Origin: Candidatus Tumulicola sp.
GTDB lineage: Bacteria; Vulcanimicrobiota; Vulcanimicrobiia; Vulcanimicrobiales; Vulcanimicrobiaceae
DNA: 64,000 nt
Assembly: GCA_049585095.1 (NCBI GenBank)
Contig: JBAUZB010000222.1
Span: forward strand, 109-64,108
Direction of reading: 5' to 3'
Shown here: positions 1 through 8,085 of the stretch, piece by piece
Position numbering within the stretch: the stretch's first letter is position 1
Layout of the letters: each line of letters starts with the position of its first letter
Notes under the pieces: model-generated
What the model was told of the DNA's origin: nothing
Databases searched by the model: none
Seen by the model: only the letters and a program-made list of their open reading frames with translations
Made by a program: the position numbers and the translations under genes

Positions 1-702
1 GATAAATACAATGGCTGGGGCAAACGGGCCGTGGGTAACATCTGGGAAATCCGGTACGTCTCGGGGCCAGACGATTGCGGTCCTCTTTGCCTCTACAAAT
101 GGCGTTTCGCACTCCTCTATCGCAAAAGGAGGCGAATCCGCTACAGCGATTGGCATGGGTCCTTGCGGGGACGGCAGCGGCGACGGGGAAACGACGGACC
201 GGGGGTTGCCGAGATTTATGCTTGTCGATTCAAACTCTGGAACGTCGCACGGTACTGTGCCGTGCTTGTCCCAACCCAGTATCTCCTCACCTTTCGTTAA
301 CGCTGCAAGTACCCAAGTATGGCGAACAGTAACCGGCTGAGAAAACGTGACACCAAGAGGGGGCGAGGCTGTAACTAGAGACGATGCATTGCTAATCGCT
401 TCATCTAGAGGTAGCACCGTCCGTTTCAGTTCCACGCCTGAAACACTCCATGTATACCATCCTGTGTCAGTCTCCGCGATAATAGCCGCACTAACCGACC
501 GAGGCGTCATTGCCCTGAGTTCGTAAACGTAGGTACGGGCCGCGCTGCCCATTCGCGCACCCACGGGCGATACATGTTGGACCTCGGCTGGGCAGAACTC
601 GGTCGCCGCGACGCTTTTACCGTCAGTAGTACCTAAGAATAGTAGCAAAGCCCCTAGCGCAAGAACCAGAGGCGTGTCTCTGCGGATACAGCAACTCGGC
701 AC
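1..702 (-). CDS. Hypothetical secreted protein (partial; 3' end beyond the window edge).
   Basis: The minus-strand frame is open from GTG at 702 (GGAGGG 12 nt upstream) to position 1: 234 codons, hand-translated, no stop. The N-terminus VPSCCIRRDTPLVLALGALLLFLGTT looks like a signal peptide. It is absent from the ORF track because its stop lies outside the window. No family recognised. Confidence 0.45.
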   Translation of the reverse strand, partial: MPSCCIRRDTPLVLALGALLLFLGTTDGKSVAATEFCPAEVQHVSPVGARMGSAARTYVYELRAMTPRSVSAAIIAETDTGWYTWSVSGVELKRTVLPLDEAISNASSLVTASPPLGVTFSQPVTVRHTWVLAALTKGEEILGWDKHGTVPCDVPEFESTSINLGNPRSVVSPSPLPSPQGPMPIAVADSPPFAIEECETPFVEAKRTAIVWPRDVPDFPDVTHGPFAPAIVFI

Positions 703-751
703 GTTAGACCTAAGCCCTCCATTTCCGAAACAAAAAGGGCAACCGCGACCA

Positions 752-1849
752 TCATTTAGGCTCGTCTTGTTGCGAACCTGTGATGCCAACCTTCCAGGTG
801 GCCGACGCATCCGCGAGGGCGAGTCCTTCTAGCGCCTTCTTGAGCACCTCGGCCATGTCTGCCCGCGAGAACTCCAGCCGAAACGTCAGTCGTGGATGCG
901 TGAACTGCAAGTCAGAGTATCTTTGAATCGGCAGTTGGCGGTTGTTAGCGAACCGTCTATCCGGGCCTCCGTTCTTGTTTACGAACTGCCAGGTGGCCCC
1001 GACGTTCGTTGAGTCGGGCGGGACTGGTCCGTCCTCCCTGAAGTTTGTGAATGAGGCGCTTACGCCAACGTCCTTGTAGTTCATTGACAGTACCCCGGCC
1101 GGTCCGAAGAACAGCATCCGGTCAGGAAGCAATGCAAGTTTCCCGCCGGCAACCCAAAGCCACGGTATACTCACGTTTGCCTTGAGTGCGGCATCGTTGA
1201 AGGTGATTGCGGTTACACTGCGCTGGACTACCCTATCGGCTCCCGCCGTATACTTCGCATGGGCAGCAGCCTGAGACGTTACGCGCCAGATAGTAAAGCA
1301 CTGCGCCGCTACTTCAAACGAATGAATGAAGGCTTGATAGTATTTAGCAGCTAGGTCGGGAAGATTGTAAGTGAGGTTAACGCACCGGCGCTTCCCCTCG
1401 CGATCAGACAGCCACATGCTCCAGACAATCAGTCCTACAAAAGCCAGTGCTGCCGGTATGTAAAGCCGCGTGGAAAGGAGCAGCAGGGCAAGTGCAAAGG
1501 CTCCTGCGAGCACTAGGCGGCTCCAGCGGAACTCCTGGAGACGTTCGTTTATCGCAGCCGCCACGTCGTCATTCGTCGCAGGGACTCCGGCGAACTCTAG
1601 AGATTCGCTAGACGACTGTTGCGAGGGCCAAGTCCGCTGCTGCTCAGGCGACGGAACTGGAACAGCCGGTGACTTTGTGTTCAGGTATTGCCGATAGTAC
1701 AAGCCGCCGCGACCGGCGTGAATGTACGTTCCCTTGGGACCGACGCCAATGCGAAGACCCTTTACTCCGAACGATGTGCCGAGGCCGTGCTTCGACAGGT
1801 TCAGTCGGATTGGCCCGCGAGTTAGGCTTTTGCGAAGATACCACGGCAT
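752..1849 (-). CDS. DUF4236-domain membrane protein.
   Basis: From ORF 752..1879, with the start moved to ATG 1849. The N-terminus MPWYLRKSLTRGPIRLNLSKHGLGTSFGVKGLRIGVGPKGTYIHAGRGGLYY matches the DUF4236 motif as I recall it. Hydrophobic TM segments follow (LVLAGAFALALLLL, ALAFVGLIVWSMW), then an unassigned C-terminal domain of about 200 aa. Confidence 0.6.
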   Translation of the reverse strand: MPWYLRKSLTRGPIRLNLSKHGLGTSFGVKGLRIGVGPKGTYIHAGRGGLYYRQYLNTKSPAVPVPSPEQQRTWPSQQSSSESLEFAGVPATNDDVAAAINERLQEFRWSRLVLAGAFALALLLLSTRLYIPAALAFVGLIVWSMWLSDREGKRRCVNLTYNLPDLAAKYYQAFIHSFEVAAQCFTIWRVTSQAAAHAKYTAGADRVVQRSVTAITFNDAALKANVSIPWLWVAGGKLALLPDRMLFFGPAGVLSMNYKDVGVSASFTNFREDGPVPPDSTNVGATWQFVNKNGGPDRRFANNRQLPIQRYSDLQFTHPRLTFRLEFSRADMAEVLKKALEGLALADASATWKVGITGSQQDEPK

Positions 1850-1983
1850 GAAATAAGTCCCCCAGTCAACTAATACCATCGTCGCGACCGTTAAGCGCGC
1901 CTTCGCAGTAGGTCTCGCAAGTAATGCACGGACCGAGCCGCTCTGCGCGCCCCTGCCATTGCTTCATGAAGTCTTTTTCGCGC

Positions 1984-2160
1984 TCATTGAATCGGACCTG
2001 ACAGATGATACGTTAGGTGCAGAACCGTTAGCACAAACACCGCGATAGCTCCGATGCCAGCAAGTGCGCGAATCGCGAATGGGTAGTGCAAGCCCGTTAG
2101 TATAACCAGCAGCCTCACGAAACAGTAAATGCCTACAACGAGTCCGATAACTTGAATCAC
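1984..2160 (-). CDS. Small two-TM membrane protein (58 aa, below the ORF-track cutoff).
   Basis: Hand translation from GTG 2160 gives VIQVIGLVVGIYCFVRLLVILTGLHYPFAIRALAGIGAIAVFVLTVLHLTYHLSGPIQ, with stop TGA at 1984-1986. It sits between two co-directional genes. Confidence 0.3.
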   Translation of the reverse strand: MIQVIGLVVGIYCFVRLLVILTGLHYPFAIRALAGIGAIAVFVLTVLHLTYHLSGPIQ

Positions 2161-2220
2161 TAACTTTTGTCTGCCTCCCGCGCCGCTACGGTTGGTAGCG
2201 GCTTCTTGTCAAAGACGAAC

Positions 2221-3027
2221 CTAATCGCCGTAAACCTCCCAGTTCGTAGTAGCCTTGATGTCGTTTTCTTGCTGCGTTTCGCAAACGGCCCCCGTATGAG
2301 TCCCGTAATAGTTCGGGTTGTTTTGGCACTCTTCGAGAAGCGTTTCTGCTTGGTGTAGGTCCGTACGCGCGTCACCGCTTGATAGATAATGTTCGGACAA
2401 GCCCTTCACTGAGAGAAGGAACCCTTCATTGAGCGTCTTCTCGTCGGACTGGTCGCATCTTTCGTTTACTGCGAGCCCTTTTTCGGCGTCATCAAATGCC
2501 ACCTGATAGGACGACCCGTTGTAATCACTCCATCCCTGACTTATGCGGCTGTTAGCATAGCTGCACGGGTCCTTATTCTCGGGAAGGTTAGCAACCCGGT
2601 CAGATTCGCGCTGCTGCGCGGCTTGCCGTGCTTGCGCCAGACGCTGCTGAGCCTCCACCCGCGCTTGAGCCGCCCTTGCGGCCGCTACGCGCGCAGCGTA
2701 CTCCTTAGGGTGTGCCCTTTGCCACGCAAGTCGTTGCTCGTGAGCCGCTCGGGCCTGCTCCGCCCGGCGAGCGGCGTCCGCGTTGTCGCGACCACTCTGG
2801 CTAACTTGGATGCCAATCAATACCAGAACGGCCGCACCGCAGATGATGCCGGTTACTACCATTGCCTGATGGTTCTTGGCGGCTGCTGTGAAAAAGCGGC
2901 CACGCGCGGCCATGAAGAAGACCACGGCGCCTATCGTAAGAGTAATCCACAAGAGCCCAACCACTTTACGCCCTCCGGAGTATCGGTGCAACCGGGGTGG
3001 CCCTTTAAGAACCGGTAGGTTCTCCAA
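2221..3027 (-). CDS. Membrane-anchored coiled-coil protein with a Cys-containing C-terminal domain (hypothetical).
   Basis: 268-aa ORF with two predicted TM helices (VVGLLWITLTIGAVVFFMA, VVTGIICGAAVLVLIGI). An Ala/Arg/Gln-rich helical stretch follows, then a C-terminal region with 4 Cys. No family recognised. Confidence 0.5.
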   Translation of the reverse strand: MENLPVLKGPPRLHRYSGGRKVVGLLWITLTIGAVVFFMAARGRFFTAAAKNHQAMVVTGIICGAAVLVLIGIQVSQSGRDNADAARRAEQARAAHEQRLAWQRAHPKEYAARVAAARAAQARVEAQQRLAQARQAAQQRESDRVANLPENKDPCSYANSRISQGWSDYNGSSYQVAFDDAEKGLAVNERCDQSDEKTLNEGFLLSVKGLSEHYLSSGDARTDLHQAETLLEECQNNPNYYGTHTGAVCETQQENDIKATTNWEVYGD

Positions 3028-3205
3028 GTCCCCTCGCCCCTCTTGCTCCGGCTCCGCAGCCAGGGTTGGACCGCGCGACCGTTAGGCGGGGCGCCGCAAC
3101 GCGTGTGTAATCAGTCACGCCCCAACGGAACATGGTTTCTCGTTTTTGCCGCCTAGACGCCGTGCTAAAACGGAACTCCAGGTAAGCATCGGTAAGTATC
3201 CCGAA

Positions 3206-3469
3206 ATGCGACTGACTACCATCGGCTGGGCTATTGTTGTACTGGCCCTGACGTTCTCTATCTGGAATGTCTTGGAGTACCGCGAGAACGTGGCGTCCAT
3301 TTACGCAGTCATGGACAGCGTTAATCGGGAATCTGGGCTACCAGAACGTGCCGAGCCAAACATTTGGCTGAGGCAAAGTGCTAAGTACATCGAGCGTGAG
3401 GTCCTAATCGTAGGCGTTGCAGTCGCAGCATGGGTCCTTTTCGGCAGAGCCAAACCTTCGGCGCGCTAA
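3206..3469 (+). CDS. Small membrane protein (hypothetical).
   Basis: From ORF 3146..3469, with the start moved to ATG 3206 (MRLTTIGWAIVVLALTFSIW). A second hydrophobic helix lies near the C-terminus (VLIVGVAVAAWVLF). Confidence 0.4.
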   Translation: MRLTTIGWAIVVLALTFSIWNVLEYRENVASIYAVMDSVNRESGLPERAEPNIWLRQSAKYIEREVLIVGVAVAAWVLFGRAKPSAR

Positions 3470-3510
3470 ATGGGCGTCGCACGGGCCATAGCTGGTTCAG
3501 CGTGCCGAAG

Positions 3511-4239
3511 TCAGGCGGCGCTCCTCAATAAACGCAGTACTTGAACGTGATTCCACTTCTTGCCGGTGCGCGTGTAAAACCCCCGCGCATCAAGTGCGGT
3601 AGCGATGGCGCGTAGCGAGAGGCCGTCGCCCTTCAAATCCCGAGCGATAGTCGTAACTTCGGCGTTTGATTCGCGCGCAACAAGCGCTGCACGTCTTCCA
3701 GACGCTACAGAACCCCTTGCGCGATGTTCCGTGGTTAAACGACGGCATGCGGGGTTCGCGGCACCGAGAAGACCCCCGCGAGCTTTATACGCAGCGAGAG
3801 CCGTTTTTGTGCGCTCGCTGATACGACGCGCCTCGTCCTCCGCAACGGCAGCCATGATGTGAACCGTGAGTCGATTCGCGTGCGGCATATCACAGGCGCG
3901 GAACTCGACTCCCGCCTCCATGAGGTTCGCAATGAAAGCGACGTTGCGTGCCAAGCGGTCCAGCTTGGCAATCAGGAGGACCGCCTTGGCGGCCTTGGCG
4001 CGTGCAAGGGCTTTCCGTAGGACGGGACGTTCGCTTTTGCGACCGGATTCAATCTCTTGGTACTCGTCGAGGAGCGCGCAGCGGTTCTCCCGGCAGAACG
4101 CCGCGACAGCAGCGCGCTGACCCTCAAGTCCAAGACCAGACGCTCCCTGACGCTGCGTCGAGACGCGAATATACGAAACAACGGTCCTCACACTCTCATG
4201 GTACAGCGACCGGGACGGTCGTTCAAGGCTTTGTACCAC
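3511..4239 (-). CDS. Serine recombinase (resolvase/invertase family).
   Basis: The N-terminal catalytic motif is VVSYIRVSTQRQGASGLGLEGQR, followed by LLIAKLDRLARN. The C-terminal HTH-like segment is LSLRAIATALDARGFYTRTGKKW. The size (242 aa) fits a small serine recombinase. Confidence 0.9.
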   Translation of the reverse strand: MVQSLERPSRSLYHESVRTVVSYIRVSTQRQGASGLGLEGQRAAVAAFCRENRCALLDEYQEIESGRKSERPVLRKALARAKAAKAVLLIAKLDRLARNVAFIANLMEAGVEFRACDMPHANRLTVHIMAAVAEDEARRISERTKTALAAYKARGGLLGAANPACRRLTTEHRARGSVASGRRAALVARESNAEVTTIARDLKGDGLSLRAIATALDARGFYTRTGKKWNHVQVLRLLRSAA

Positions 4240-4260
4240 AGGATTACAGGATTACAGGAC
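4238..4260. repeat. Tandem octamer ACAGGATT x2.75 at the recombinase start / divergent promoter region.
   Basis: The sequence reads ACAGGATTACAGGATTACAGGAC. It lies directly at and upstream of the recombinase ORF start (4239), facing the divergent small ORF at 4363. Confidence 0.6.
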
Positions 4261-4362
4261 GGGTTTGTAGCCGCTGGGTCCCTGACAGTTGGGCTAAGTC
4301 TTAGGCTTGGAGGCTCGCGCGCTAAGAGGGCCTGGGCTCTCGTTCGTGTTAGAACTCAGGCC

Positions 4363-4629
4363 ATGGCAAGTAAAGAGGGCCGCATCGTGCCGGACGGCTT
4401 CATCAAAACGTCATTCGAGGTCAGTGAGGCGGCTAAGTACGCGCTCGAAGACCTCAAGACCGCCCTACGGCGTGACGGCTATTCTGGCCTGTCCGAGGCC
4501 GCCATCGTCGAAGCCCTGATACTCGCGGCCAAGAAGGCGGGCATAAACGAAGCCGTTCTTACAAGGGTCCTAAAAAGCCGGAAGATGGCCAGGGAGCGCG
4601 CGTCGTCTATAGCACCTGCGGACGGGTGA
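4363..4629 (+). CDS. Small hypothetical protein (88 aa), divergent from the recombinase.
   Basis: From ORF 4057..4629. The upstream part is antisense to the recombinase, so the start was moved to ATG 4363 (MASKEGRIVPDGFIKTSFEVSEAAKYALEDLK). The protein is helical and charged. An RHH-like regulator is only a guess. Confidence 0.4.
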   Translation: MASKEGRIVPDGFIKTSFEVSEAAKYALEDLKTALRRDGYSGLSEAAIVEALILAAKKAGINEAVLTRVLKSRKMARERASSIAPADG

Positions 4630-4911
4630 GCGTGGTAGTTAGTCAGTATCTCTGCTTCGGTCAACTTCGTTATGCCTTTACGCCCTCTCTCTTCAAGCGG
4701 AACTGCACACTACGCCAGGTCCTTACGGGTTCGGATGGCGCTCCTCTTCCTCGGTGGCCTGCGCGTCGTAACATTGCGACTCCGTAAACACTCTCCGAAC
4801 AGTCATTCCCGTTAAAGAGTCCGTTGACGTTCGTACTTGGCTTGATTCATCGGGATAGTTGTCTTGATACTGAAGGGACACCTGATAGCGAAACGACACG
4901 TTATAAGCCGT

Positions 4912-5250
4912 CTAGGCGAGCAGGCCGATGGCGACGAAGGTCAGGGTTGGCGCAGCCTTGTACCATCCGACTGTTCTTTGCATACCTTCCTTCAGTGCAA
5001 CATGTGCGTCTGGTGCCTTGCCGATTACTAAGAGGCCGAACGAACGAAGCAGAAACCACAACGGGACAATATAGTTCAGTGAGAGGAGCAAGGTCGTGTC
5101 AACGAAGCCTTTTGTGCTGCAGATGTTTGAGTTTGCCACGTCTTTCATGGCGAGGAATGACGCCCATACCATCTCAGCAATCCATAGGCACAGGAAGAAT
5201 CGTGTAACGGTTCGCGCTGACTGTGCCTCTCGGACTCTGTATTCTGTCAT
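4912..5250 (-). CDS. Membrane protein (about 3 TM), hypothetical.
   Basis: 112-aa ORF with hydrophobic segments (FFLCLWIAEMVWASFLA, LLLSLNYIVPLWFLL, TLTFVAIGLLA). It starts 5 nt after the stop of 5255..5920. Confidence 0.45.
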   Translation of the reverse strand: MTEYRVREAQSARTVTRFFLCLWIAEMVWASFLAMKDVANSNICSTKGFVDTTLLLSLNYIVPLWFLLRSFGLLVIGKAPDAHVALKEGMQRTVGWYKAAPTLTFVAIGLLA

Positions 5251-5254
5251 CTCG

Positions 5255-5920
5255 CTACAATCCGGGAGGCGTCGTGTCTGCGAACATCTCGTTATTGAAG
5301 TTCACAACATCGAATAGTTTCACGGTATCACGATAGAACTCGGGCTCCTTCACGGAGCGGCGATAAAAGATGTAGGCTTGACCGCCAACACTGTCCCACC
5401 GGAGCGAGGGCGCGGGATAGCTCCGACCGCAGTGTTCGCATTGGTTGCCGCCGAGGTATGCCAGACCCGAGTTGGGATGCTGATAAGGGATGTACCGCGC
5501 ACAGTACTTACATCGAATGAAAGTGGGCCGCCTCTTATAAAACATTTTGAATAACCACGCCGGGAAAATGTCACGACTCATCTTCCACCGCTTATAGGCG
5601 CGGGCGCGTTCGGTGTCTTCAGGGTGCTCCACCGTGGTCACGACGTTTCTGCAAAATCGGATGTAAGGCCACGTGACTTCAATGGAAGCCGGAGTCGGCC
5701 TCGCCAAGTCCTCAAGTCTAGCTAGGGCCTCTTCGTAGTTGCCGCACTCATAGCAGTCGCTCAGGATTGTGCCAAGCGACTGCCGCGGCTCCGCAGTTGG
5801 CAAGACCTCATAAACTCGGTTCAGATAGTTCTCCCAAAAATCCGGCGTATCGTACTCTTCCTTACTGATACTCGGCTTTGGGTATTCGCTTTCGGGGCCG
5901 TGATTCGACGATGGGCTCAC
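5255..5920 (-). CDS. Hypothetical Cys-rich protein with a putative zinc-ribbon (CKYC...CEHC).
   Basis: 221-aa ORF with CxxC pairs at RCKYCARYIPYQ and NQCEHCGRSY. No family recognised. Confidence 0.5.
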   Translation of the reverse strand: MSPSSNHGPESEYPKPSISKEEYDTPDFWENYLNRVYEVLPTAEPRQSLGTILSDCYECGNYEEALARLEDLARPTPASIEVTWPYIRFCRNVVTTVEHPEDTERARAYKRWKMSRDIFPAWLFKMFYKRRPTFIRCKYCARYIPYQHPNSGLAYLGGNQCEHCGRSYPAPSLRWDSVGGQAYIFYRRSVKEPEFYRDTVKLFDVVNFNNEMFADTTPPGL

Positions 5921-6018
5921 GTGCTAGTTCGCCACTTTGCGAGACTTACAAGAACTATTGCAATCGCTCCAGCTATGGAGAGTAGCATCGTCCAGTGGTC
6001 GTATATCTTCGAGAACAT
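5917..6018 (-). CDS. Possible 33-aa single-TM micropeptide.
   Basis: Hand translation gives MFSKIYDHWTMLLSIAGAIAIVLVSLAKWRTST. Its TGA overlaps the GTG start of 5255..5920 (a GTGA overlap). No convincing SD. Speculative. Confidence 0.2.
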   Translation of the reverse strand: MFSKIYDHWTMLLSIAGAIAIVLVSLAKWRTST

Positions 6019-6062
6019 CGCTCACGATTTGCCCTCTACTAACTTCCATTTTTGCGCCGTGT

Positions 6063-6536
6063 CTATGGAAAACTCCAGCCGACCTCCCTGAAAAAGTCTG
6101 TCGGCGTTAGCGACCTGACAGAAAGTAACCCATTGCGACAGAGCGCAGTGATGGGACCGTCGCGTGTCACTACCGGTAGGGCTCGTGCTTCGGCAGCAGC
6201 AAGCACCCAGCGGTCTACTTCACCTACGCTCCTTGGTATTGCTAATCCAGCCAGCCTCGCGAAAGCCCTTTGAACATCCGAGTCCGACTCGTCTACGGCC
6301 CTAGCTTTACATGCGGCTTGAACGGTTCTGCGCCACCGAGGAACTACCGGCATGTTTACAAGTTCTCCGATTACTTTTTTGCATGTTACGGCAGTACCGC
6401 CCCCGATTGCGGTTAGCATCGAAGTCCAAAGGCAGCCAAACACGTCTTCGGGGTAGTAACGTTCGCCCAAGTCTACAAATGCATTAGTATCGAACAGGTA
6501 CGTCGTGGCAACGGGTGTAGGACTAACGGCTGCCAT
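6063..6536 (-). CDS. DUF4411-family (PIN-like) putative nuclease/toxin.
   Basis: The N-terminus YLFDTNAFVDLGERYYPEDVFGCLW matches the DUF4411 pattern I recall (YLLDaNvfi...YYpfd.fp.fW). The C-terminal part reads VDRWVLAAAEARALPVVTRD...FFREVGWSF. The ORF overlaps the upstream ImmA/IrrE gene by 14 nt. Confidence 0.7.
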   Translation of the reverse strand: MAAVSPTPVATTYLFDTNAFVDLGERYYPEDVFGCLWTSMLTAIGGGTAVTCKKVIGELVNMPVVPRWRRTVQAACKARAVDESDSDVQRAFARLAGLAIPRSVGEVDRWVLAAAEARALPVVTRDGPITALCRNGLLSVRSLTPTDFFREVGWSFP

Positions 6537-7704
6537 AGACGCTAACAGCCTTTTCCCGGATTTTTGATACGTTGTCGTAACTTGGTGAGATTTGAAGCAG
6601 GTGCGCTGCCTGACTTATCGACAAATAGTCGCTATCGACGGCACTAAGTATAGCATTTGTGAACGTTGGGCCGAGACGCTGCACTTGCAGCAGATGATAG
6701 CTTGGACCCGCTTCGCTCTCGGAACTCCTCTCTCGTTCCTCGGTAAAGTACTGTGCGTAGGTTTGTAATCGCTGCTGCAACTGCGTCGCAGACAGGGCGC
6801 CAAACTGATTCAAGCGCACGGCCACTGCCGAATAACTGAGACAATATCGGTTTGCCAAGTACTCGATTAACGAATCTATAGCGATATGACTCTTTTCCTC
6901 AATATCATGAGCCAGCAGTTCAGTCGGCAACAGTGCCTCGCCTGCAACAAGATTACATCGGCGTTCGGTCACATTTGAGATTCGTCCGCGTATAGGATAA
7001 CATATCCCCGATTCGCGCATTAAGAGATGCGCTAGTTCATGTCCCATCGTAAATCTTCGGGCATTTGGCTTGTCCCGCGTGCTCAGCGCAACAATCGAAA
7101 GACCATCGCTGTACAGCGAACACCCCCGTAGGAACTTTGGGTCAATGATGAACTCGAAGACGAGAACCGGCAGATTAGTTTCTACAAGCTCTTTAGTAAG
7201 GCTTAGCGCCTTTGCCCCTTTCCAAAGCTCCTTACGCTCGTCCGTGCTAACGTGATTCCATTCCAAAACGCACAAAAGACCTCGAAGGTACTCGGCTATT
7301 TCTTTATCGTTCCTAAGAACGGGCAGCTTCGTGCGCGGCATGTCGAGGTCGCCAAAAAGGTCTAGTGCCGCATCGCGTCTCTCTCTCGCGATACGTAGAG
7401 TCTTTATCAGACCCGATGAGAACTCGCCGCCACCTTCCTGGGGTGACCGAAAATCAATCGGTAGCTCTTCCTCTTTTGGGGGGGCGTCACTGTAGAGGAT
7501 GTGCATTGGTATGCCGCAGGCGTGAGCGAGCTTTTCAAGTTGCCTGAACGTGATTGACCCACTCCCGCCTTCGGCTGCGGCCAGCCTTGCCGCGCTGACG
7601 CCCATCTTCTTAGCAGCATCCTCAAGCGTTAGCATAGTGGATTCGCGAGCCCACTTCAGCCGCTCGGGTCTGACCAAGGCTACGCGCCTCCTCGTATCGC
7701 TCAT
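6523..7704 (-). CDS. XRE-type HTH fused to an ImmA/IrrE (M78, COG2856) zinc metallopeptidase.
   Basis: The N-terminal HTH reads LKWARESTMLTLEDAAKKMGVSAARLAAAEGG. The HEXXH motif is in FTMGHELAHLLMRE. The start was moved to ATG 7704 (MSDTRRR), which has AAAGGTGA upstream. Confidence 0.85.
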   Translation of the reverse strand: MSDTRRRVALVRPERLKWARESTMLTLEDAAKKMGVSAARLAAAEGGSGSITFRQLEKLAHACGIPMHILYSDAPPKEEELPIDFRSPQEGGGEFSSGLIKTLRIARERRDAALDLFGDLDMPRTKLPVLRNDKEIAEYLRGLLCVLEWNHVSTDERKELWKGAKALSLTKELVETNLPVLVFEFIIDPKFLRGCSLYSDGLSIVALSTRDKPNARRFTMGHELAHLLMRESGICYPIRGRISNVTERRCNLVAGEALLPTELLAHDIEEKSHIAIDSLIEYLANRYCLSYSAVAVRLNQFGALSATQLQQRLQTYAQYFTEERERSSESEAGPSYHLLQVQRLGPTFTNAILSAVDSDYLSISQAAHLLQISPSYDNVSKIREKAVSVYGSR

Positions 7705-8085
7705 CGGTTCTTCACCTTTGGGGAATAGCACGATTCGCCATTGCCTCCTTCACAAATAGGCTTTTGAGGCTACGCCGACCCCTTGTGCTCGCTGTATCGC
7801 TCATTACGGGTCAAAACAGAGTTTCGGCGCCTCCTCCACTCGGCGCTGGTGTTATCCTTTACGTTCCCATTTCACCGCAAGGGGATTGCACAAAAACCCG
7901 CCCCCTAGCACGAAACTTGTAGCAGAGATGAGGCGGAAGTCATCGCGTGACTTGAACGTGCGTTGACGGGCGATTCTGGCCCAAAGACGCGCATCGGACG
8001 CGGTTCCCCCCGGCGAAATGTCGCCTAGCGGCGCTGCCTGGCGCGGCGCCGGGAGTAACAGGACGATTTTCCAAGAAAGCTGCGT

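Noticed and set aside
11-340. Three overlapping plus-strand ORFs at the left edge (11..340, 31..300 and 75..332).
   Set aside because: They are shadows of a minus-strand frame that is open for 234 codons from GTG 702 to the window edge and has a signal-peptide-like N-terminus.
7694-7804. The 11-bp direct repeat ATGAGCGATAC, 100 bp apart on the minus strand. The copies sit at the ImmA start and at a 29-aa upstream ORF that ends 9 nt before the ImmA ATG.
   Set aside because: The uORF has no SD, and an 11-mer coincidence cannot be excluded without statistics or conservation. Noted only as a curiosity.
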